Source: Haliotis rufescens (lineage: Eukaryota). From it: a DNA stretch of 64,000 bases. This document shows positions 34,074 through 45,077 of the stretch, one piece after another. Under the pieces are notes generated by a model that made no database searches, was not told the origin of the DNA, and saw only the letters and a program-made list of their open reading frames with translations. Position numbers and translations under genes: made by a program. The DNA lies in contig NW_025963902.1 in assembly GCF_023055435.1 (NCBI RefSeq), positions 7,130,001-7,194,000 of the forward strand, in the 5' to 3' direction. How positions within the stretch are numbered: the stretch's first letter is position 1; the number at the start of each line of letters is the position of its first letter.

Positions 34074-37000
34074 GAATTCGAGTCAGACAAACCAAAAGAA
34101 ACTACTTAGCTTATCGCTTATTGGTGTATCTCCGCAATGTCCCTCACGCTGTCTGTTTCCGGAAGAAAGTGTTCTTATGTAAGTGAGATCGGCTTCTGAC
34201 GGATACAGCCGAAGTTATTCCGCTGCATTTGACCTAGTTTCCCATAGAAGCTGTGCACATATTTCGCTAATGACCGCTGTCAAATCCGATAGTGTTCTTT
34301 TTCATTCGCATAATTAATGCATTCGATTCCAATTCAGGAGCTACCAATGCGCCTTCATTTTAACCCATTCAACGTTTTTATTCCAAATGCTTAGAGTGAG
34401 TGAGTTGGGTTCAACGCCACTTTTAACATTATTCCAGTCATATCACGGCGTGTCAGCTTAATGTGGGAGGAAAGCCAGAAGTGATGCAGGTCTCAGACGT
34501 TTACCACTTTGGTGAAACCCACGAGCACGGGTATGGTGCAGACAAACCCAGAAACATAATCAGGGCGAACCGGGATTCGAACCAACAATCATAGGTTCCT
34601 GGCGTGCCCAAGGGACGCAACTCTGCACAGCGAATCGCGGCGCCTTAGACGACTCGGCCACCCGTGCCCCCTATCCGCGGTCGAATTCAGCTAACATTGT
34701 AAGTTATCATGTAAAAAAGACAGCTCTAAATATATAAAAATACATGGTCAGTTTTAATTAATGGGTTGATGTACATTTAAAACAAAACATACAAAATTAC
34801 AGCTGCCATGTGATTCATTCTGCACTGAAAGCTGCGAAAACTGCTTGTGATTTGGTATGTTTGAACCTGTATGTAGCGCGCAAAGCCGGGAAGTCATACA
34901 CAAAGGCAACACTCAAATTTAAGTGACAGTACGGCAAAGATTACAAAATGACGTCGCGAATGATATCCATGGTAGATCATTTCATAACGGCTACTTATGG
35001 TGTCTCGTTTGACAGTGATCCATTTATCCATTTAACCGCACTGACCCAATCCCTAGTTTTCTCTCCTGGAGACCAGCCTTTGGCTGCGCTTGCGAAGCAC
35101 TGATACAGGCAATTCCATAACGGCGGCCTCCATGAGACAAAGAAAAATGGCCTAGCCTAATAGCCTAATGGTTAAAGCGTTCGCTCGTCACGCCGAAGAC
35201 CTGGGTTCGATTCCCGACATGGGTACAATGTGTGAAGCCCATTTCTTGTGTCCCCCGCCGTGATGTTGCTGGAATATTCCAAAAAGCGGCGTAAAACCAT
35301 ACTGACTCACTGTTTATAAATGGACTGGAATGTGACGTCATTTGAGGGCGCTAATATAACCTTATAATGGTGTACTTAGAAATCAGAAGACATGAAAAGG
35401 CACATGGCGATTCACTGTGGAATCAAGCCTCACTAGTGCACTGTTTGTAAGAAAACATTATCAGGTCATCTGCAGAAACATAATTTTTTTTTTTTTTCTG
35501 CTGATTCACACTGGAGTCAAACCTTATCAGTGTGTAGAATGTGGGAAAGGGTTCACACAGTCACGCAGCCTGCAGAAAGACATGAATGTACACAGCAGAA
35601 GCTACCCTTATCAATGTGTAGAATGTGGGAAAGAGTTCACACAGTCAGGTGGCCTGCAGAAACACATGATGATTTATAGTGTTTATAAATTGACTGGACT
35701 GTGACGTCACACAATTCGCGAAAAATCGCGTTGAATATGGCCGTTTGAGGGCGCTAATATAACCTTATAATGGTATACTTAGAAATACTAAATAGTGTAC
35801 GAAATGTGTCATTTTTCTGGGTACGAATATTCCACTGGTACGCAATGTCTGGTGTTTTCCCGCAGTACTAATTCGTTTGGGGTATGAAATTACCACAAAC
35901 AGCTATTATCAGTGTGTTAAATGTGGGAAAAACATGAACAAAATCAGGTCTTACATCATGATCCATAACACATCACCAACTTGTGTATAGTTTGTTTGTT
36001 GTTTAACGCCGCACTCAGCAATATTCCAGCTATATGACGGCGGTCTGTAAATAATCGAGTATGGACCAGACAATCCAGTGATTAATATCATGGGCATCGA
36101 TCGATCCACGCAATTGGGATCCATGACATGCATCAACCAAGTCAGCGAACCTGACCACCCGAACCCGTTAGTCGCCTTTTAAGGGTAAACATGGGTTGCT
36201 GAAGACCTATTATACCCCGGATCTTCACGGGTCTCAGCCCTCGTTATTGTTGGTGTTCTTGTGGAAACATCTTTTGAAAATGCATTATCATGATAAAAGA
36301 CAACTCTTTTGTTTTCAGTGAACACCATAACATCCACAAGTTAACAATGGAAGTACAAAGCCAACCACAGAATCCTGGCTCTGTTTCTGAAACATGTGTA
36401 GTCAGTGACTGTGAGAGAGAATTTCTGGAAATTACTGACACTCAGGAAATAGGTGATCTCAAGGAACACAAAGATTGTGGTGGTCCAGAAGATCAATCAA
36501 CGTGTAGTGCATGCGGGAAAACATTTATTAAATCAGAAGACATGAAAAGGCACATGGCGATTCACTGTGGAATCAAGCCTCACCAGTGCACTGTTTGTAA
36601 GAAAACATTATCAGGTCATCTGCAGAAACATATGCTGATTCACACTGGAGTCACACGTTATCAGTGTGTTGAATGTGGTAAAAGGTTTAGAGGTTCAGGA
36701 CATCTGCAGGCACACATGAGGATTCACAGTGGAATTAAGCCTTATCCGTGCATTGTGTGTGAGAAGACATTTACACAATCGGGTCAGCTGCAGTCACACA
36801 TGAGGATTCACACTGGAATCAAACCTTATCAGTGTGTTGAATGTGGGAAGGAATTTACACGATCAAATTACCTGCAGATACACTTGAGGATTCACAGTGG
36901 AGTCAAGCCTAATCAGTGTAATATATGTGAGAAAACATTGACACGATTAAGTACTCTGAAGAATCACATCAGGATTCACACTGGAATCAAACCTTATCAG

Positions 37001-40000
37001 TGTGTTGAATGTGGGAAGGGATTTACACGATCAAATACCCTGCAGAAACACATGAGGATTCACAGTGGAGACAAGCCTTATCAGTGTAATGTATGTGAGA
37101 AAACATTTGCACGATCACGTACTCTGCAGGAACACATGATGATTCACAGTGGACTCAGACCTTATCAGTGTAATGTATGTGAGAAAACATTTACACGATC
37201 AGGTACTCTGAAGAATCACATGGCGATTCACACTGGAATCAGACCTTATCAGTGTGTTGAATGTGGAAAAGAATTTACAGTATCAAGTAACATGAAGAAA
37301 CACATGAGGATTCACAGTGGAGTCAAGCCCTATCCGTGTAATATATGTCAGAAATCATTTACACGATCAGGTACTCTGGAGAGGCACATGGCGATTCACA
37401 GTGGACTCAGACCGTATCAGTGTGTTGAATGTGGGAAAGCATTTAGACATTCATATCACCTGAAGACACACATGATGATTCACAGTGGAATCAAGCATCA
37501 TCAGTGTGTTGAATGCGGGAAAACATTTGCACAATCAAGTAATCTGCAGAAACACATCAGAATTCACAGTGAAGTCAAGCCTTATCCGTGTAATATATGT
37601 CAGAAATCATTTACACGATCAGGTACCTTGGAGAGGCACATGGCGATTCACACTGGAATGAGACCTCATCAGTGTGTTGAATGCGGGAAAGCATTTGCAC
37701 AATCAGGTAACCTGAAGACACACATGATGATTCACAGTGGAGTCAAGCCTTATCAGTGTGTTGTGTGTGATAAGTGGTTCACACACTCAAGTAGCCTGCA
37801 GAAACACATGACCATTCACAGTGCTAGCAAGCCGTATCAGTGTGATGTGTGTGGTAAAGCGTTTACATACTCAAATAGCCTGAAGCGACACCTGACCATT
37901 CATAGTGGAAGCAAGCCTTAGCAGTGTGTTCGATGTGGGAAAATATTTTGACACTCAGGTACTCTGCATACACAAGTGATGATTCACAATGGAATGAAAC
38001 CTTTACGAGTGCATTGTTTGTGAGAAAGGATTGACACACTCAGGTAATCTGCAGAAACACAAGGATTCGCCGTGGAATCCAACTTATCAGTGTGTTCAAT
38101 GAAGCGAGGGATGTAACATCACACGTTTCATAGTTCTGGAATAAAGGTTTACAAAGTTCATATTCTTGCTGCGTAGGGGATATTTAAATCCAATGCTATC
38201 TATCTCGGCCGTTAATAATCCTCTGGCCATGTAGTGACCACATGTTTACACCACGTGCTCTTGGACAGGGAGGGGGCACGGGTGGCCCAGTGGTCTAAGG
38301 CGCCGCGATTCACTGTGCAGAGTTGCGTCCCTTGAGCTTGCCAGAAACCTATGACTGTGGGTTCGAATCCCGGTTCGCCCCAATTATGTTTCTAGGTTTG
38401 TCAGCACCATACCCGTGCTCGTGGGTTTCACCGAAGTGGTAAACGTCTGAGACCTGCATCACTTCGGGCTTTCCTCCCACATTAAGCTGACACGCCGCGA
38501 TATAACTGGAATATTGTTAAATGCGGCGTTAAACCCAACTCACTCACTCACTCTGAAACCACCTCCGTATTTAAGGGGTGGCAGGGCTTTGCCCGTTGAC
38601 CTTGAGGCCCAGAGTTTTCCTCGTGGAGGACGTAAGCAAGTTCATATTCTTGCTGCGTAGGGGATATTTAAATCCAATGCTATCTATCTCGGTCGTTAAT
38701 AATCCTCTGGCCATGTAGTGACCACATGTTTAAAACCACGTGCTCTTGGACAGGGATAAATCAAAGGCTATCTTATCTTCATTACATGTAGTCATACAGC
38801 AACTCTGTATGTTGCAGAGTTGACCAGTAATTAGCCTGTCCAGAACAAGACAATAAACTAACTGTCATCGTCTACAACACTGCTTTGACAAACAAGGTAG
38901 TTAGCCTGTTTAATTAGTGTGCTGATTGTTCTTATACACCACAAGACTCTTGGTCAAAACAAGGCAATTAACATATTTGCTGTGACCTGCAACCCGTGCC
39001 CACTTAAATTATTACTGAACCATTGTGACAAGTTCACGTAACATTAACCCGTGAAGATCCGGGGTAGAATAGGTCTCCAGCAACCCGTGCTTGCCGTAAA
39101 AGGCGACTATGCTTGTCGTAAGAGGCGACAAACGGGATCGGGTGGTCAGGATTTGGTTGACGCATGTCATTGTGTCCCAATTGCGTGGATCGATGCTCAT
39201 GATGTCAATCTCTGGATTGTCTGTTCCAGCCTCGATTATTTACAGACCGCCGTCATATAGCTTGACTATTGCTGAGTGAGGCGTTAAACAACAAACAAAT
39301 AAACAAAAAATAACCAAATTTTCAGTGAGACATTTTCCATAGAGTGTGAATAAGTTTTCATGGAACCATAAATTCTTTGTATGGATTAATGTTACACTTC
39401 AAAAGTGTATCGTACGGCTGCAAAGTACGACAACACGGGGATGCCACTTTATGCTGTGGTCTAGTGGCCGGATGCAGATAGATATCCCCGACCGCTAACC
39501 TCATCCGGTCACCGGGCGGTCACCTACAGGTCACCCAGGGACTCCAGCGACCTACATACATACATACATTAATATATTGTGTCTATCAACATGCACTACA
39601 CGTTCTTGACTCTACGTCCCCTACGTCGTTTCACAATACAATGGCATTTATACAAAACAGTTATTTCAATATAAAACACGTAATTAATTTATATATAATA
39701 CTTATCACTCACTTCTGTATACAATACGATGCTTGTCGTAAGAGGAGACAAACGGGATCGGATGGTAAGGCGCGCTGATTTGGTAGATGCATGTCATCGT
39801 GTCCCAATTGCGTAGATCGATGCTCATGATATCAATCACTGGATTGTCTGGTCAAGACTCAATTTTTTACAGACCGCCGTCATATAGCTGGAATATTGAG
39901 TGCGGCGTTAAACAACAAACAAATAAACAAACAAACGAAACTTAATATTTAAAAAAAACAATTACAATATTTATCACTACGATATATGAAGCATTTATGA

Positions 40001-43000
40001 TTTTTTAGAGGCAAGAGTTATCGGAACTAAAACAAACATAAAGCACATCAAATAAAGCTAACTGAAAATAAATAAATTCATACAGAAGATATTTATGATG
40101 TTGAAGAGCGTGAGTGTGGTTTTACGCCGCTTTTAGCAATATCCCAGCAATATCACCGCGGGGGGGGGGGGGGGGGGGGGCACAAGAAAAGGGCTTTATA
40201 CATTGTACACATGAGCGGAATCGAACCTGGGTCTTCGGCTTGACGAGCGAACCCTTTCACCACCAGGGTACCCTACCGCCCCTTTATGATATTGGTGGCA
40301 ATAGGTATCTCAACTAAAACTCAAGCAAATGAAATAAAGTTAATCTAAAAATAAACGACGATTAGCAGTTTTACAATAAAACACTGCAGGGAAAATAAAC
40401 CGCCAGTCGATTATTTCTTACATGGGATATCAATATTATGTTCAGCCTCTTTAAGGATGTTACTAAGCCGTACAAACTTTAAATATATTTACCCGTATTA
40501 ACATAATGATGACTCCCTGAATGGAATCCGACCTCGGCAATGTCGGACAAGTCCATTTTGCGAACAGGTGGGATAAGTTTGGTATTTCCCGCATATTCTC
40601 ACATTCCTAACGTCAGTTGTCTAATACCGATTGTCATATCTCTTCCACTTTTTGATGCGATCGTTCGACCCCTGAGTTTATCTGCGTAGCCTAGCTAAGA
40701 AAATATGAATCATATATTGATGGGTTTATCAATTTGAAACATCAATGCACCTTAATGAAAACTAAATAAGTTCTTTACAAACTTCATTAAAGCAAGAGAT
40801 GCGAGTACAATGAATGTTACCACAAAAAAAATAAAAAATAGGAATATCAATACCATTACCATTTCTACTTTTTTTTTCAGTATTTGTCATAAAAACACAA
40901 ATCCGCATAGAAAAAGGTGTTCGATGAACCAAGTTATAGAAAAACAGACCGGTCCCCTGCCTCTACCGAGGTGGTCGGTGGGGTAGCCTGGTGGTGAAGG
41001 GGTTCGGTCGTCACGCCCAATACCAAGGTTCTATTCCCCACATGGATACAATGTGTGAAGTTCATTTCTGGTGTCCTCCGACGTGATATTGCAGGAATAG
41101 TGCTAAAAGCGGCGTAAAACTATACTCACTCACTTGCTGTTGTGGCAGGGCCCATATTAGGTACATATGTATATTGTCTCTGGTTGAAGCGAAGGACAGG
41201 ATGTATTCTTAAAATAGTAACACAACCCCACCAGCGCTCGTCATAATGTGCAGCAAGCACAGCCGGGAGGTCGTGCACAGGCAACAACCGAATGTAAGTA
41301 ATTACAAGATTACAATATTACATGGCTTCGAAGTTAGATCATTTGACAGCGTCTGCTTAGAGAAATGCGTCTCCTTTCTTTGTGATCGTGGCTATTTATC
41401 CATTTTAACTCACTATCCCCTGTGTTTCTCTCCTGGAGACCTGGTTGTCTAGGTAGGCAGCGCGTGCGCTTCAGTGATACAGCCACGACTCAACAATGGC
41501 GGCTTCCATTCGATATGGACACGTGGCGCACGCTTTATCAGCTGTTTATGTATTTACTACGGAAAGACGCTAGAACGGGAGCTTAGAAAATGTCCGTGGC
41601 ATCATGAATACTGTTGCAACGTGTATGTCAGGAGAATAACGTCCATTTTTACTTATATTATAAATAAAGGGAAACTACACTCTGGCTTCTATCCGACTGC
41701 CTCACACCACCAGCAATGACTCATATTTTTACGCAGTAGCTGTCGTGAGTCGATCAGCTGGCTAACGCAACAGAGCGCGACAACCTCATCGGATGCCGTT
41801 ATTTGGAAATTCCCCTGATGGTTATAGTTTGATAAAAAAATGTCTCCCCGCAGTGAAAACATGTTCGGATTTCTGAATGCGTGGATTATAAGATGACAGA
41901 TTGTTTGTTTTTTTTGTTTACCGCCGCACGCAGCAAAATTCCAGCTATATGACGGCGGTCTGTAAATAATCGAGGCTGGGCCAGATAATCCAGTGATTGA
42001 CATCATGAGCATCGATCCACGCAACTGGAATACGATGACATGTATCAACCAAGTCAGCAAGGCTGACCACCCGATTCCGTTAGTCGGCTCTTACGACAAG
42101 CTTAGTCGCATTTAACAGCAAGCACGGGTTGCTGAAGAACTATTCTACCCCGGATCTTCACGGGCAAGGTGACATATTGATTTGGATACCATTGCTGTAT
42201 TTTATAGGTTGATCTTTAATAATATCACGTTATAATATCATGTCAACAGACCCATACTATTAAAAAGAACAATTTGATTTATTTGAAGCTGTAATTAAAA
42301 GCCCATTTTCCAATTCCATGGGTTTTGTATACTATCGACTGTCGGATGTTGAAGGAACAAGAAGATGAAGTCATCAATATAATCAGATAGAATTAGTGGT
42401 AGAGCCACTCAGATTGTCTGACAAAGACTGCCAAATTACTCAATAACGTTCATCCCTGCCTCTAGGGGTGTAGAGGATATACAGTGAGTGAGTATGGTTT
42501 TACGCCGGTTTTAGCAATATTCCAGCAATATCACGGCGGGGGGACACCAGGAATGGGCTTCACACATTGTACCCATGTCGAGAATTGAACCCGGGTCTTC
42601 AGCGTGACGAGCGAACGCTTTAACCACGAGGCTACCCGACCGCCCCAGAGGATATATAGCAATCAGCGGTTCCCTTTTGGCATTTCTTGTGTCTGGGGTA
42701 TTTATTCAATAGAAGACTGGGTTATAAATCCAGTCTGATGCGGTGAATGGACTACATGTTAAGTAATAACCATGGCAACACAGTAAGAGAAGAATGATCA
42801 GTTGAGTTGCTAAAAAAACATCGATCAAAGGATTAACCGATAATTTGATTGATAAATCAATGTTATCTTGCGGAGTAGATTTGTCAAAAGTTAGTGTTCA
42901 TGTACGTAGGTTTACTAAAGCAGACGAAATACATCCATATCTGGGCGTGAAGTGCTTATGTCAAAACAACATACTTTGGTCAAAGGATTAACCGATAGTA

Positions 43001-43301
43001 CGTTGATTGATTGATCATTTGGATTTTTTAAAGAACCATGGACATCATGAACATAGTTGTCACGTGTGCTATCTCAGCTGACCAATGAGACTTGACACCT
43101 ATGTGAAACACCTGAAACAAACTTACGTGGTCATTTGAGAAACGAACACGAATTGAGATACCCCAAAAGGCTCTATATATCGATATGTATCAAAATATTA
43201 GATTGTCACAAAGACCCGTGACATCGAACAAGTTTCTTTGTACAGCTTGATATGTATGGGATGTTATAGACCATCATCTAGTCTCTGAAATGATCATATC
43301 G
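34074..43301. repeat. Segmental tandem unit 3 (3'-truncated)
   Basis: Colinear with unit 1 up to the equivalent of ~9661 (gatcatatcgt), then joins the equivalent of ~881 of the next unit. Confidence 0.9.
36347..37921 (+). CDS. Multi-C2H2 zinc-finger protein, 17 fingers, finger 1 intact (unit 3)
   Basis: Same finger order as units 1-2, with CSAC instead of SSAC. Confidence 0.85.
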   Translation: MEVQSQPQNPGSVSETCVVSDCEREFLEITDTQEIGDLKEHKDCGGPEDQSTCSACGKTFIKSEDMKRHMAIHCGIKPHQCTVCKKTLSGHLQKHMLIHTGVTRYQCVECGKRFRGSGHLQAHMRIHSGIKPYPCIVCEKTFTQSGQLQSHMRIHTGIKPYQCVECGKEFTRSNYLQIHLRIHSGVKPNQCNICEKTLTRLSTLKNHIRIHTGIKPYQCVECGKGFTRSNTLQKHMRIHSGDKPYQCNVCEKTFARSRTLQEHMMIHSGLRPYQCNVCEKTFTRSGTLKNHMAIHTGIRPYQCVECGKEFTVSSNMKKHMRIHSGVKPYPCNICQKSFTRSGTLERHMAIHSGLRPYQCVECGKAFRHSYHLKTHMMIHSGIKHHQCVECGKTFAQSSNLQKHIRIHSEVKPYPCNICQKSFTRSGTLERHMAIHTGMRPHQCVECGKAFAQSGNLKTHMMIHSGVKPYQCVVCDKWFTHSSSLQKHMTIHSASKPYQCDVCGKAFTYSNSLKRHLTIHSGSKP

Positions 43302-43743
43302 TCGCGAATGATATCCATGGTAGTCATTTCATAACGGCTGCTTATGGAGTGGTGTCTCGTTTGACAGTGATCCATTTATCCATTTAACTGCACTGACCCA
43401 ATCCCTACTTTTCTCTCCTGGGGACCAGCCTTTAACTGCGCTTGCGCCGCACTGATACAGGCAATTCCATAACGGCGGCCTCCATGAGACAAAGAAAAAT
43501 GGCCTAGCCTAATAGCCTAATGGTTAAAGCGTTCGCTCGTCACGCCGAAGACCTGGGTTCGATTCCCGACATGGGTACAATGTGTAAAGCCCATTTCTTG
43601 TGTCCCCCGCCGTGATGTTGCTGGAATATTAAAAAAAGCGGCGTAAAACCATACTGACTCACTGTTTATAAATGGACTGGACTGTGACGTCGTTTGAGGG
43701 CGCTAATCTAACCTTATAATGGTGTACTTAGAAATCAGAAGAC

Positions 43744-44880
43744 ATGAAAAGGCACATGGCGATTCACTGTGGAATCAAGCCTCACAAGTGCACTGTTTGT
43801 AAGAAAACATTATCAGGTCATCTGCAGAAACATAATTTCTTTTTTTTTATCCTGATTCACACAGGAGGCAAACCTTATCAGTGTGTAGAATGTGGGAAAG
43901 GGTTCACACAGTCACGCAGCCTGCAGAAACACATGAATGTACACAGTAGAAGCAACCCTTATCAGTGTGTAGAATGTGGGAAAGGGTTCACACAGTCAGG
44001 TAGCCTGCAGAAACACATGAATGTACACAGTAGAAGCAACCCTTATCAGTGTGTAGAATGTAGGAAAGGGTTCACACAGTCAGGTAGCCTGCAGAAACAC
44101 ATGAATGTACACAGTAGAAGCAACCCTTATCAGTGTGTAGAATGTAGGAAAGGGTTCACACAGTCAGGTAGCCTGCAGAAACACATGAATGTGCACAGTA
44201 GAAGCAACCCTTATCAGTGTGTAGAATGTAGGAAAGGGTTCACACAGTCAGGTAGCCTGCAGAAACACACGAATGTACACAGTAGAAGCAACCCTTATCA
44301 GTGTGTAGAATGTAGGAAAGGGTTCACACAGTCAGGTAGCCTGCAGAAACACATGAATGTACACAGTAGAAGCAACCCTTATCAGTGTGTAGAATGTAGG
44401 AAAGGGTTCACACAGTCAGGTAGCCTGCAGAAACACGTGAATGTACACAGTAGAAGCAACCCTTATCAGTGTGTAGAATGTAGGAAATGGTTCACACAGT
44501 CAGGTAGCCTGCAGAAACACATGAATGTACACAGTAGAAGCAACCCTTATCAGTGTGTAGAATGTGGGAAAGGGTTCACACAGTCAGGTAGCCTGCAGAA
44601 ACACATGAATGTACACAGTAGAAGCAACCCTTATCAGTGTGTAGAATGTGGGAAAGGGTTCACACAATCAGGGAGCCTGCAGAAACACATGAATGTGCAC
44701 AGTAGAAGCAACCCTTATCAGTGTGTAGAATGTAGGAAAGGGTTCACACAGTCAGGTAGCCTGCAGAAAGACATGAATGTACACAGTAGAAGCAACCCTT
44801 ATCAGTGTGTAGAATGTAGGAAAGGGTTCACACAGTCAGGTAGCCTGCAGAAACACATGATGATTCATAGTGCTTATTAA
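43744..44880 (+). CDS. Open ORF of 12 near-identical 84-bp C2H2 fingers (expanded intronic cassette); coding status uncertain
   Basis: 378-aa ORF; repeat unit YQCVEC(G/R)KGFTQSGSLQKHMNVHSRSNP; the poly-T tract is in frame in this copy. Confidence 0.55.
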   Translation: MKRHMAIHCGIKPHKCTVCKKTLSGHLQKHNFFFFILIHTGGKPYQCVECGKGFTQSRSLQKHMNVHSRSNPYQCVECGKGFTQSGSLQKHMNVHSRSNPYQCVECRKGFTQSGSLQKHMNVHSRSNPYQCVECRKGFTQSGSLQKHMNVHSRSNPYQCVECRKGFTQSGSLQKHTNVHSRSNPYQCVECRKGFTQSGSLQKHMNVHSRSNPYQCVECRKGFTQSGSLQKHVNVHSRSNPYQCVECRKWFTQSGSLQKHMNVHSRSNPYQCVECGKGFTQSGSLQKHMNVHSRSNPYQCVECGKGFTQSGSLQKHMNVHSRSNPYQCVECRKGFTQSGSLQKDMNVHSRSNPYQCVECRKGFTQSGSLQKHMMIHSAY

Positions 44881-45077
44881 TGGACTGGACTGTGACGTCA
44901 CACAATTCGCGAAAAATCGCGTTGAATATAGCCATTTGAGGGCGCTAATATAACCTTTTAATGGTGTACTTAGAAATACTAAATAGTGTACGAAATTTGT
45001 CATTCTTCTGGGTACGAATATTCCACTGGTACGAAATGTCTGGTGTTTTCCCTCAGTACTAATTCGTTTGGGGTATG

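Noticed and set aside
43870-44870. Regular 84-bp array as CRISPR-like
   Set aside because: No unique spacers; it is a zinc-finger coding repeat in eukaryotic DNA.
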